This document shows positions 9,218 to 18,251 of a DNA stretch of 45,616 nt, in pieces. Each line of letters opens with the position of its first letter. Within the stretch, counting starts at the first letter, position 1. The notes beneath the pieces are model-generated. The model was not told the DNA's origin. It ran no database searches and was given only the letters and a program-made list of their open reading frames with translations. The DNA lies in assembly GCA_964512075.1 (NCBI GenBank), contig CAZEID010000013.1:1-45616 (forward strand), given 5' to 3'. The position numbers and the translations under genes are program-made. The stretch comes from an uncultured Candidatus Saccharibacteria bacterium. Lineage in GTDB: Bacteria; Patescibacteriota; WWE3; 9FT-COMBO-53-11.

Positions 9218-11407
9218 ATGGTGTTTAAACCCCGAGCAAAAATTGCTAATTACGAGTTACTCCGCAAGCCGAAGGTCTCGGTTGTGATGCCGACTTATAA
9301 TGCTCGGGAGTACCTTCGCGAGGCGATTGAGAGCGTTCTTAACCAGACCTTCAAGGATTTTGAATTTTTGATCATTGACGACGGTTCCACCGATGACACG
9401 GTTGAAATCATCAAAAGCTACCGCGACCCGCGGGTCGTTCTGCACCGCCGCCGCCATCGGGGGCTAGTTTCGGCTTTAAACTACGGTATTAAGGTCGCCC
9501 GGGGGGAGTATATCGCGCGGATGGACGCCGATGATATTTCGGAGCCCCGGCGGTTCGAGCTTCAGGTTGAATTCTTAGACGGCCACCCCGACCACGTTCT
9601 GGTCGGGACTACTACTCAGATTATTGATACCAAGGGACGGACCGTGGAGGTCGCGGCAGAGCCGCTTGGTCACGAAGAGCTCCAGCGGGGTCTGCTGGTA
9701 AGGAATGTTTTGGCCCATGGTTCGGTGATGATGCGAAAAGAGGTTGTGCGCCAAGTTGGCGGGTACGATCCCAAAGCGGTCCACGCCGAAGATTACGATC
9801 TCTGGGCGCGGATCTCCCGGAAGGGGAAGCTAGCAATCCTTCCTTTGCCTCTTTTTAAATGGCGCTTGAATCCGCAGGGGATTTCAGTTACAAAGGCTAA
9901 GGTTCAGCGGCGGACCGTTGAGCGGATTAAAGAGCGCCAGTGGCAGGATTTTCTGCGGAGCGGAAATTCTCTCAAGGTGGATTTCGGCGAAGTTTGGCGA
10001 AGGAGACTGCAGAAGGAGGACCTTTCCGACCCATTTTGGCGCCGCCGCCGCCAAGCGCTGGCGGTGATTTTTTCACGGTTGGGGAGGGAGTTTCTGCTGC
10101 GGGGGAGACGGATAGAAGCGTTTCGGCATATCCTGGCGGCGGTGATTCTTTTTCCCCGTTCTCCCGTCAATTACTTTTATCTTTTGGCGCTTCTTTTCCC
10201 GCGGGGCTTTTTAATTCCGGCGGAAGATTTGCTTCGGCCGCTTAAGCAGTTTCTAGTGCGGATTTGGCACTCCGTTCGGCTAGTTAGTTTCGTCGAGCTT
10301 CCCGAAGGGGGGATTTTGTTTGTTCGGCGGGGAGTTTACCCCGGGTTCGATTTTCCCGAGGCGCACCAGTTCGCGGAGGAGTTGGTGCGGCGGGGAAAGC
10401 GGGTGGGGATCGTATGCCTAAGGAGTCGGGGAGAACCTTCTTACGAAGTGATTAACGGGGTTAAAGTTTTCCGCCTGGCGCCGAACGTTAAGTTTTTCCG
10501 CTGGCTCTTCCAGTTTTTGCTGCTCTTCAATCTTTGGGGAAGGCGTTTTGATGTGGTCCACGTTTTTTGGGGGAAGGGTTTTTCTCTACTACCGATTTTC
10601 GCGCGGCGAGCGGCCCGAAAGTGGGTGTTGGATGTGCGTTCGGGGCATATCGGCGGATTCTTCTCTTCTTTGCTTAACAACGGCTTGGTAGTGGCGGATT
10701 CTTATTTCTTTGATCACGTGATTACTTTGGATGAGCGGCTTTTCCGCAAGCTTTGGCGGAGTTCGCCTAAACCCCGAAATTTACACTTTGTCCCTATGGG
10801 AGTGAACGAAAAAGTTTTTCGTCCCCAGCCGGCGAGAGAGTTAGCCCAAAAGTTGGGAGTTGGTGAAAGTGACTTTGTTTTAGTGTACCAGGGAACTCTG
10901 GATAAATCGCGGCGGTTGGACCAGTTTTTGCGGGGATTCTCTTTTGCCGCGCGCCGGGTCCCCCAGCTCAAGTTTTTGGTGGTGGGGGATGGGTTAAATC
11001 GGGGTCGGCTGGAAGAGGAAGTGCGGCGGCTGGGAATTACTGACAAAGTTATCTTCGTCGGGCGCGTCCCCTACCAAGAGGTTTCCCGTTACGTCTCGGT
11101 CGGAAAGGCGGGGGTTTCTTATGTCCCCCAGACGAAGCCCTTTTTGAACCAGCAAGTAACCAAAACTTTGGAGTATCTCGCCTGCAAGAGGCCGGTACTG
11201 GCGACCCGGCTTCCTTTCCACGAGGATTTGGTGAAGCCCGCTCTCGGAGTGCTAATCAACGACGATTCCCGCTCGGTGGAGCAGGGGATTTTGGAACTAG
11301 TGCGCTTGGAAAGAGAAGGGAAGCTGAAGGTTTCTCGATCCGCCATCAAGGACTTAACTTGGTCGGCGCTGGTGCGCCAGCGGCTTTTGCCAATTTACGA
11401 ATCGTGA
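9218..11407 (+). CDS. Bifunctional GT2 (N-terminal) / GT4 (C-terminal) glycosyltransferase fusion
   Basis: The N-terminal part has VSVVMPTYNAREYL, IIDDGSTDDT and RMDADD. An Arg-rich amphipathic/hydrophobic linker of about 120 aa follows. The C-terminal part is a GT-B fold (VGDGLNRGRLEEE..., TLEYLACKRPVLAT). Confidence 0.85.
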   Translation: MVFKPRAKIANYELLRKPKVSVVMPTYNAREYLREAIESVLNQTFKDFEFLIIDDGSTDDTVEIIKSYRDPRVVLHRRRHRGLVSALNYGIKVARGEYIARMDADDISEPRRFELQVEFLDGHPDHVLVGTTTQIIDTKGRTVEVAAEPLGHEELQRGLLVRNVLAHGSVMMRKEVVRQVGGYDPKAVHAEDYDLWARISRKGKLAILPLPLFKWRLNPQGISVTKAKVQRRTVERIKERQWQDFLRSGNSLKVDFGEVWRRRLQKEDLSDPFWRRRRQALAVIFSRLGREFLLRGRRIEAFRHILAAVILFPRSPVNYFYLLALLFPRGFLIPAEDLLRPLKQFLVRIWHSVRLVSFVELPEGGILFVRRGVYPGFDFPEAHQFAEELVRRGKRVGIVCLRSRGEPSYEVINGVKVFRLAPNVKFFRWLFQFLLLFNLWGRRFDVVHVFWGKGFSLLPIFARRAARKWVLDVRSGHIGGFFSSLLNNGLVVADSYFFDHVITLDERLFRKLWRSSPKPRNLHFVPMGVNEKVFRPQPARELAQKLGVGESDFVLVYQGTLDKSRRLDQFLRGFSFAARRVPQLKFLVVGDGLNRGRLEEEVRRLGITDKVIFVGRVPYQEVSRYVSVGKAGVSYVPQTKPFLNQQVTKTLEYLACKRPVLATRLPFHEDLVKPALGVLINDDSRSVEQGILELVRLEREGKLKVSRSAIKDLTWSALVRQRLLPIYES

Positions 11408-11415
11408 AGATCCTC

Positions 11416-11421
11416 TAGAAT
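11416..11421 (+). promoter_or_regulatory. Possible TAGAAT -10 box 11 nt upstream of ATG 11433
   Basis: ctctagaat + taggagacggg + ATG. An aggag Shine-Dalgarno-like sequence is also present, so the reading is ambiguous. Confidence 0.25.
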
Positions 11422-11432
11422 TAGGAGACGGG

Positions 11433-14108
11433 ATGCGTTTGCTGCGTGCGGTTAGTAAAAATTTAACTTGGGAACGGGCGGGGGCGGCATCTTTCTTAGT
11501 CTTTCTCCTGCTTACCCCGCTTACTTACAAGATTCAACTCCGGCCGGGCCTTTACCAAGAGGGGATCTATGTTAGCCCCTTGGTACCACTCTTAGCTTTG
11601 AGCGTAGGGCTCTTTTTACGGTCCTTTTGGTGCAAGGAGCGGGAACGGTTTTGGAGAAGGGTCAGGGAATTTTTAGTTCCCCACCCGATCGCAGAATTGT
11701 TTTACATCCTCGTTTTGATTCTCTTATGGTCTTGGGTCTACGGGCTTTTCCTGACGGGAGATTTTGCCGGAGGGGACCTCCTGCGACTGATAAAGTATGG
11801 GCTTTACTTCTTGGTTTTTCCCTTGGCCGTAAGAACTGCTTCGGTTTTGGGGAAGCGGGGAGTCCGGTGGGTCTTGGGGTTGCTTCTCTTAGTTGGGGTG
11901 ATCACTTCGGTAGTTTCACTGGTCCGAATTCATCAATTTGTATCCGCCGGCAATGTAATTGATTTTTGGCAGTACAGTCCCAACTCCCACAGCGTCGGTT
12001 TTTTGGGGCAGTATTTGGACCTTTCGGATTTCAGCGTTGGTCAAATCCCTAAGGCGGCCCACGCCACTTTTGGGCTTTACCTTTCGGCAGTTCTGGCCGT
12101 GGGGTTGGCACTTCTTTCCGAAGCGCGCCGAGGGCTTAGTTCGATTGGCTTGTTTCTAGGGATTGGGACGCTCGTTGCGGCCCTCTTGTACACGCTTTCG
12201 CGGGGAGCGGTTGCCACCGGCGGCTTCGTGGTTGCGGCGGGCTTGTTGGGACTTCTTTTGCGGAGGCGCTTGGGGACGGCGCTGGGGCTGGGGCTTTTTT
12301 TGGTTTTAGAGACGGCAACCCTCCTTCAACTTAATCCTGAAGTTTCCCAGAAGTTCGCTTCCACTTTTCCGGGAGCAGAGAAGCTAGGGGAGCAGGTGGT
12401 CGCGCTTTCGGCCCCGGTGGGGCGAGGGGTTTTGAGTGCCCTCTCCCTCCTTAAGGATTCTCCGGGCGCTTTCCAGGCTTCGCCGCTCCCGCCGGAACCG
12501 GTTGCCGCCTCTAAAGTTGAGGAGTATTCCGCTCCCGCGCTCCCTTTTGATAAGTCTTTTAACGATCGGGTGGTGACGTGGGAGAACCTCTGGGCGCTTT
12601 TGCGCTCCCGCCCTTCATTTTTTGTTTTGGGGGTCGGGTACAGCATTGATAACCTGGCTCATTTTACGGGCGGTACGGTAGTCTATCCCCACAGCCTGTT
12701 ATTGGATATGTGGGTCCGCGGGGGGCTTTTATCCCTGGCGTTGGTTTTGGCCGTTTGGCTGCTGCTTTTCCTTAAGGTGGTCCAGTTTATCCTCTCGAAA
12801 GATAAATTAGTAAACGCCTTTGGTTTTGCCGTTTTTGGATTTTTGGCGGGATGGTTTCTAGACAACGCCTTATCCGGAGAACAGTTTTTCTCGGATGCGC
12901 CGATGTTGGCGTTTTGGGGAACGTTTGGGTTCGTCGCGGCACTGGCCCAATTGGAAAGTAAGAAGTCTAAAGTAAAAAAAGTTTTAATCGCGCTGACGAG
13001 TTCCGGAATAGGGGGCGCGCCGAAAGTCGTCTACGACTTCCTTAGCAACCAATTAGAAGTTAATAGTAAACAGCGGGAAAGAAGAGAGTTTGAATTTATC
13101 GTCGCCGGACCGCCGGGAAGATTCCTGCGGGAGTTCAAGAAGCTTGGTTACAAAGTTTATTTGGCTCCGCTCGGCCAAATTGGGATCGGGGGGTTTATGC
13201 GGCTTCTCAAAATCTCCCGCCGAGAGGGGGTTGATCTAATTAACTCCCACGGCAAGGGGGCGGGGCTTTACGCCCGGTTAGTCGGGGCGGTTTTGGGCGT
13301 TCCAGTAGTGCACACTTTTCACGGGATTCATTACTTTCGGTATGGGAAAGTTACCCGCTGGATCTACTTCAACTTCGAGCGGCTGATGTCGCAGTTTACG
13401 CGGCTGGTCATCAACGTCTCGGCCAGTCAGCAGAAAGAGGGGGTCGGGCTGAAGCTCTTCCCCCGGGAGAAGGCGCGGGTAGTGGAGAACGGGATGAGGG
13501 TTTCCTCGGTTAAGCTTGCCAAAAAGGAGAGGCGAAAGATTCGTGAGAGGTGGGGAATCGGCGAAAAGGACTTTATGGCGGTAGTTTTGGCGCGGTTTGA
13601 TCCCATCAAAGGCCACGCCCGGCTGGTGGAGATTCTCCCAGTGATTTTGGCGAAAGTCCCCCGATTAAAAGTGGTTTTGGTCGGAGACGGGGAAGAGGAA
13701 GACAAGATTAAAAGGTTGGTGCAGGAGCTGGGGGTTTCCAACGCGGTAGTTTTTGCCGGCCGGCAGAACGATCCTTTCCAGATTTTAAGTTCCGCCGAGG
13801 TCCTGCTTCATCCTTCCTACCATGAGGGTTTACCGCTATCCCCGCTGGAAGCCTCCGCTTTGGCGGTGCCGGTCGTGGCAGCTCAAGCGGTAGGAAACGC
13901 CGATACAGTTTTAAACGGCAAAACCGGATACCTGGTGGACTTTCAGGAGGCGGGAGAGGTTGCGGCCGCGTTGAAGCGGTTGTCCCGGTCGGCGACCCTC
14001 CGCCGCCGAATGGGGGAGCGGGGGAGAAGGTGGGTTACAGAAAGATTCTCGATGGAAAAGTTTGTGAAAAAAACGCTGGCGGTCTACCGAGAAGCCCTCA
14101 AAAATTAA
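11433..14108 (+). CDS. O-antigen ligase/polymerase-like (Wzy_C) polytopic membrane domain fused to a C-terminal GT4 glycosyltransferase
   Basis: The N-terminal ~510 aa contain many TM helices, the Wzy_C-type motifs LSRGAVATGG and YPHSLLLDMWVRGGLLSLAL, and a Pro/Ser-rich extracytoplasmic loop. The C-terminal region has HPSYHEGLPLSPLEASALAVPVVA (GT4). Confidence 0.8.
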   Translation: MRLLRAVSKNLTWERAGAASFLVFLLLTPLTYKIQLRPGLYQEGIYVSPLVPLLALSVGLFLRSFWCKERERFWRRVREFLVPHPIAELFYILVLILLWSWVYGLFLTGDFAGGDLLRLIKYGLYFLVFPLAVRTASVLGKRGVRWVLGLLLLVGVITSVVSLVRIHQFVSAGNVIDFWQYSPNSHSVGFLGQYLDLSDFSVGQIPKAAHATFGLYLSAVLAVGLALLSEARRGLSSIGLFLGIGTLVAALLYTLSRGAVATGGFVVAAGLLGLLLRRRLGTALGLGLFLVLETATLLQLNPEVSQKFASTFPGAEKLGEQVVALSAPVGRGVLSALSLLKDSPGAFQASPLPPEPVAASKVEEYSAPALPFDKSFNDRVVTWENLWALLRSRPSFFVLGVGYSIDNLAHFTGGTVVYPHSLLLDMWVRGGLLSLALVLAVWLLLFLKVVQFILSKDKLVNAFGFAVFGFLAGWFLDNALSGEQFFSDAPMLAFWGTFGFVAALAQLESKKSKVKKVLIALTSSGIGGAPKVVYDFLSNQLEVNSKQRERREFEFIVAGPPGRFLREFKKLGYKVYLAPLGQIGIGGFMRLLKISRREGVDLINSHGKGAGLYARLVGAVLGVPVVHTFHGIHYFRYGKVTRWIYFNFERLMSQFTRLVINVSASQQKEGVGLKLFPREKARVVENGMRVSSVKLAKKERRKIRERWGIGEKDFMAVVLARFDPIKGHARLVEILPVILAKVPRLKVVLVGDGEEEDKIKRLVQELGVSNAVVFAGRQNDPFQILSSAEVLLHPSYHEGLPLSPLEASALAVPVVAAQAVGNADTVLNGKTGYLVDFQEAGEVAAALKRLSRSATLRRRMGERGRRWVTERFSMEKFVKKTLAVYREALKN

Positions 14109-14123
14109 CCGGGTAACCTTTTG

Positions 14124-14147
14124 TTATAGTATACTAATATACTATAA
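14124..14147. promoter_or_regulatory. A/T-rich 10-bp inverted repeat (ttatagtata-ctaa-tatactataa); operator or weak terminator
   Basis: The perfect inverted repeat is read directly from the sequence. It lies in the 97-nt gap between two glycan genes. Confidence 0.4.
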
Positions 14148-14187
14148 ACTTTTATTGGTTTAAGCTTTCCTTTTTAATCTTCCCACT

Positions 14188-14196
14188 TGGTAGAAT
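14188..14196 (+). promoter_or_regulatory. Extended -10 (TGgTAGAAT) 9 nt upstream of ATG 14206
   Basis: tggtagaat + taatccgat + ATG. Confidence 0.4.
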
Positions 14197-14205
14197 TAAT
14201 CCGAT

Positions 14206-15345
14206 ATGCGCATTGGTATTGACGCCCGCCTTTGGGGTTCTTCTGGTCGGGGGGTAGGGCGGTACGTCCAGAATTTGGTTGAAAATCTTGAGAAGGTCGA
14301 CTCCAAGAATAAGTACTTTATTTTCCTGAGAGAAAAGGGCTTTAATACCTTTCTTCCTCACGGTGAAAACTTTCACAAGGTTTTGGCGGATGTCCCCTGG
14401 TACGGGGTGCAGGAGCAAGTAGTGATGCCAGGGATTTTTTCGGCCTCAAACCTCGATCTTTTGCATGTTCCTCACTTCAACGCCCCACTTCTGTACGGAG
14501 AAAGAATGGTCGTAACTATTCATGATTTGACAATGCTCAAGTTTGGCGGGAGAGAAACTTCTACTCTCCCCGCCCCGCTTTTTTACGCCAAGCGGCTCGG
14601 GTTGCGGGTGGTGACGGAATTGGCTGTCCGCCGCGCCGCGCGAGTGATCGTGCCGTCTAAATTTGTGAAGAAAGAGTTAGTAAGGACTTTTACGCTTCCC
14701 CCCGGGAAGATTGTTGTAACTCCCGAGGCGGGAGTTCTGGCAGGGAAGGAAAGGACTGCGGCGGAACGGGAGATTGAAGATGTGTTGGGAAAGTACCGAA
14801 TTACCAAGCCCTACTTTCTCTACGTGGGATCTTTTTATCCTCACAAGAATGTGGGGCGGTTGGTGGAGGCGGTTAAGGTTCTGAACGAGAGATTGAAAAA
14901 ATCCGCCCAACTAGTGTTGGTAGGAGGGAAAGATGCTTTCTTGGAAAGGGTTGCGCACCAGGCGCTAGAGATTGGGGCTTTGAAGTATTTGGTTTTGACT
15001 GGTTATGTGACCGATGCTGACTTGGTTGACCTTTACCGGGAAGCCGAGGCTTACGTTCAGCCCTCGCTGTCGGAGGGCTTTGGCCTAGGCTCGGTTGAAG
15101 CGATGGCGTTGGGAGTACCGGTAGTGCAGTCTGAAGCTTCCTGCCTGCCGGAGATTGCCGGCGAAGCCGCGCTGTACTTTGATCCCCAAAATCCCCGGGA
15201 TATTGCCGAAAAATTAGCCAAGGTACTAGGAAACAAGACACTGCGGCAAGGATTAGTGAAGAAGGGTTTGGCCCGAGCAAAGGACTTCTCCTGGGAAAAG
15301 ATGGCGCGAGAAACGCTGGGAGTTTACCGGAAGGCCGCAAGATGA
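14206..15345 (+). CDS. GT4-family glycosyltransferase
   Basis: VQPSLSEGFGLGSVEAMALGVPVV is present, with an N-terminal MRIGIDAR... GT-B fold. Confidence 0.85.
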   Translation: MRIGIDARLWGSSGRGVGRYVQNLVENLEKVDSKNKYFIFLREKGFNTFLPHGENFHKVLADVPWYGVQEQVVMPGIFSASNLDLLHVPHFNAPLLYGERMVVTIHDLTMLKFGGRETSTLPAPLFYAKRLGLRVVTELAVRRAARVIVPSKFVKKELVRTFTLPPGKIVVTPEAGVLAGKERTAAEREIEDVLGKYRITKPYFLYVGSFYPHKNVGRLVEAVKVLNERLKKSAQLVLVGGKDAFLERVAHQALEIGALKYLVLTGYVTDADLVDLYREAEAYVQPSLSEGFGLGSVEAMALGVPVVQSEASCLPEIAGEAALYFDPQNPRDIAEKLAKVLGNKTLRQGLVKKGLARAKDFSWEKMARETLGVYRKAAR

Positions 15346-16274
15346 GAATTCTCGTCACCGGCGGAGCGGGTTTTATCGGAAGTCACCTCGTTGATGCTTT
15401 AGTAGAGTCCGGCCACCGAGTTTCGGTCGTTGACAACCTCTCCACCGGATTGGAAGAGTACGTCAATCCTTCGGCCGCCTTCTACCGGGAGGATATCGCC
15501 GGTGATCACTTAAGGGCCGTCTTCGCAAAAGAAAAGCCAGAGGTGGTTTTTCACCTCGCCGCCCATGTCAATCTCCGAGAGTCGTTCCAGGAACCAACCG
15601 CCGGCGCTCGGAATAACATCGTGGGCAGCCTCAATCTTCTGCAGCTCATGGCCGAGTTCGGGGTTCCCAAAATCGTTTTTTCCTCGACCGGCGGAGCGAT
15701 TTACGGCGAACCCAAGCAAATCCCGACCCCGGAGACCTATTTCGCTATCCCGACTTCTCCCTACGGCATCTCCAAGCTAGCGGTCGAGTATTATCTGGAC
15801 GTTTGGCAAAGATTGCACGGAATCGAATACGTCGCTTTGCGCTATGCCAACGTTTACGGCCCGCGCCAAGGAGGAAAGGGCGAAGCCGGGGTGGTAGCGA
15901 TCTTTGCTAAGAAGATGCTTAAGGGCGAACCGGTTGAGATCTTTGGGGATGGGAAGCAAACCCGCGATTACGTTTACGTCGCAGATGTGGTCGCTGCCAA
16001 CCTAGCCGCGCTGGAATACCGGGGGAGCGGGATCTTCAATATCGCCACCGGGTTGGAGACGAGCGTGAGGGGTATCTTTGAAAAACTCTCCAAGCTTCTT
16101 AACTATTCCGCCGCTCCCGCTTTCGCGCCGGCGGTTAAGGGAGAGATCTTACGGAGCGCCCTCGACATCTCGAAAGCCAAGAGGGAGCTGGGCTGGCAGC
16201 CCAAGGTTTCCCTCGAAGAAGGGTTGAGTCGGACCGCGGAGTTTTTCCGGAAAGCAAATGGCAGAGCTTCCTAA
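15342..16274 (+). CDS. NAD-dependent nucleotide-sugar 4-epimerase (GalE-like extended SDR)
   Basis: ILVTGGAGFIGSHL Rossmann motif and SPYGISK (YxxxK catalytic motif). The start forms an ATGA overlap with the upstream gene. Confidence 0.8.
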   Translation: MRILVTGGAGFIGSHLVDALVESGHRVSVVDNLSTGLEEYVNPSAAFYREDIAGDHLRAVFAKEKPEVVFHLAAHVNLRESFQEPTAGARNNIVGSLNLLQLMAEFGVPKIVFSSTGGAIYGEPKQIPTPETYFAIPTSPYGISKLAVEYYLDVWQRLHGIEYVALRYANVYGPRQGGKGEAGVVAIFAKKMLKGEPVEIFGDGKQTRDYVYVADVVAANLAALEYRGSGIFNIATGLETSVRGIFEKLSKLLNYSAAPAFAPAVKGEILRSALDISKAKRELGWQPKVSLEEGLSRTAEFFRKANGRAS

Positions 16275-17493
16275 AGAATTGAGAGATCTCAAAGTGGCGG
16301 TCGGGCACGATGACTTGACGGTTCCTTATGCGGGAGGGGAGAAGATTTTCATGGCCATCGCCGAAACTTTCCCCCAGGCGGATATTTTTACCAGTATGAT
16401 AACGCCCGGGTGGGCGAATAAAATCAGTGACCTCGATAAAGCCAGTAATTACAGTAAGAACCCCTCTCTTCGCTCGGGAACCTTCCTTTCTCATGAAAGC
16501 GAAAAGGACAAGCGCAAAATCATAACGACGTTTATGCAGAGGATTCCGTTCAAGCGGAAGCTTCAGAAAGTGCTTTTCTGCCTCTACCCGCTGGCGTTTG
16601 AATCGCTCGATCTTTCCGATTATGATCTGGTGATCTCCTCCTCCTCCCGGTTTGCGCACGGGGTAATTACCAAACCGGAGACTAAACATGTCTGTTACAT
16701 GCACAGCCCCGGAAGAATGTTTTGGGAGAGCGGGAGTTATTTTGCGGATAGTCCTAATTTGGAAAGAATTCTGGCCCCGGCGCTTTCGTACCTCCGGCTT
16801 TGGGATTACACCGCCGCTCAGCGCGTCGACTTTTTTATCGCCAATTCCAAAAATATTGCCCGAAAGATAAAAAGATACTACGGCCGGGAAGCGGTGGTCG
16901 TCTACCCGTTTGTTGACCTGGAGCGGTTTGAGCCGTCAGCAACCTTCGAGGTTAAGGAAAAAAACTCTGGAGGTTTGACTTCCAGTGGTGGCTATTTCTT
17001 GGTAGTTACTCGCTTGGCGCCGTGGAAGCGGGTCGAGATTGCGATAGAGGCGGCCAAGCAAGCCGAAGTGAGTCTGAAGGTAGTTGGCCGAGGTCCGGAA
17101 TTTAAGCGCCTGCGAACGCTGGCCAAGGGGAGTCCCAAGATTGAAATTTTAGGCGGAGTGGAGGACGAGGAGTTGGTGAAGCTCTACCAAAACTGCACCG
17201 CGCTAGTGATGACGCAGGAAGAGGACTTCGGAATCACCTCTTTAGAAGCCCAAGCCTGTGGAAGGCCCGTGATTGCCTACGGTGCCGGGGGAGCGTTGGA
17301 GACGGTGCTGAGCGGGAAAACTGGTCAGTTTTTTGCCGCTCAAACGGCCGATTCTCTCGCCGCCGCCCTAAAGGGGTTCAACCCCTCTAACTATAATCCT
17401 AGAGATTGTCGGAAGAACGCGGAAAGGTTCAGCAAGAAACGGTTTCAGCGAGAGTTGCTTGAGGTGGTGGAGGAGATGGTTAGCATAAAATAA
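16258..17493 (+). CDS. GT4-family glycosyltransferase
   Basis: MTQEEDFGITSLEAQACGRPVIA is present. The N-terminal half carries a low-complexity insertion (SDLDKASNYSKNPSLRSG...). The exact start is uncertain. Confidence 0.8.
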   Translation: MAELPKELRDLKVAVGHDDLTVPYAGGEKIFMAIAETFPQADIFTSMITPGWANKISDLDKASNYSKNPSLRSGTFLSHESEKDKRKIITTFMQRIPFKRKLQKVLFCLYPLAFESLDLSDYDLVISSSSRFAHGVITKPETKHVCYMHSPGRMFWESGSYFADSPNLERILAPALSYLRLWDYTAAQRVDFFIANSKNIARKIKRYYGREAVVVYPFVDLERFEPSATFEVKEKNSGGLTSSGGYFLVVTRLAPWKRVEIAIEAAKQAEVSLKVVGRGPEFKRLRTLAKGSPKIEILGGVEDEELVKLYQNCTALVMTQEEDFGITSLEAQACGRPVIAYGAGGALETVLSGKTGQFFAAQTADSLAAALKGFNPSNYNPRDCRKNAERFSKKRFQRELLEVVEEMVSIK

Positions 17494-17499
17494 GGTAGG

Positions 17500-18186
17500 G
17501 TGACGGATATGCCTAAGTTGCCCCGCGACATTTTTTACTTTTCCGCGAAGCGTTTAATTGACGTTTTGGGAGGAGCTTTCGGGCTCCTATTTTTTAGCCC
17601 GATGATGCTGGCGATTTGGGTGGCACGAAAGGCCGAGGGGGCTAAGAATGTGATTTTTGCCCAGCCCCGGGTGGGGCAACACGGGAAGGTCTTCCGCTTC
17701 TACAAATTTTCTTCCATGACGACTACTACCGCCGAAGAGGAGCGGGAATTTTTCATTCAGCTGGAGAAGAACGACCCCCGTTTGTTGGAGGCGTACCGGC
17801 GCAACAATTTCAAATTTGAGGAAGGGAAAGATCCCCGAATTACCAAAGTTGGTCGAATTATTCGCCGCTTCAGCATTGACGAGCTTCCCCAGTTTTTTAA
17901 CGTTCTCAAGGGAGAGATGTCTTTGGTTGGCCCTCGGGCTTATAAGCCGGATGAGCTGGAGTACAAGCTGAAAGAGTATCCCCAAAGTAAGAAGGATGTG
18001 GAAATGCTTTTAAAGGTTAAGCCGGGAATCACCGGGGTTTGGCAGGTTTCCGGCCGCGCGGAGATTGACTTTCCTCAGCGGGCAAAGCTGGACGCCGATT
18101 ACGCCCGCCGCCGCTCTCTTTGGGAGGATTTCAAAATTATTTTGAGGACTCCCGTCGCCATGATCGTCGGGAAAGGAGCTTATTAA
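17500..18186 (+). CDS. Polyprenyl-phosphate glycosyl-1-phosphate transferase (small monotopic 'bacterial sugar transferase', PglC/WbaP C-terminal type)
   Basis: An N-terminal re-entrant helix is followed by DELPQFFNVLKGEMSLVGPRA and KPGITGVWQVSGR. The start is GTG 17500 or ATG 17509. Confidence 0.85.
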   Translation: MTDMPKLPRDIFYFSAKRLIDVLGGAFGLLFFSPMMLAIWVARKAEGAKNVIFAQPRVGQHGKVFRFYKFSSMTTTTAEEEREFFIQLEKNDPRLLEAYRRNNFKFEEGKDPRITKVGRIIRRFSIDELPQFFNVLKGEMSLVGPRAYKPDELEYKLKEYPQSKKDVEMLLKVKPGITGVWQVSGRAEIDFPQRAKLDADYARRRSLWEDFKIILRTPVAMIVGKGAY

Positions 18187-18235
18187 CGGTTCGCGGCGGA
18201 TGACGGTAAGCAGCCTCGGGGTGTCTGATTCCATT

Positions 18236-18244
18236 TGTTAATGT
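18236..18244 (+). promoter_or_regulatory. Extended -10 (TGtTAATGT) 7 nt upstream of ATG 18252
   Basis: tgttaatgt + tggatag + ATG. Confidence 0.35.
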
Positions 18245-18251
18245 TGGATAG

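Noticed and set aside
16135-16704. 189-aa ORF antisense to the epimerase/GT4 junction
   Set aside because: It lies fully antisense to two well-supported CDSs. The composition is Arg/Gly/Pro-rich and low in complexity, as expected from reading a coding strand backwards. I recognise no family resemblance.
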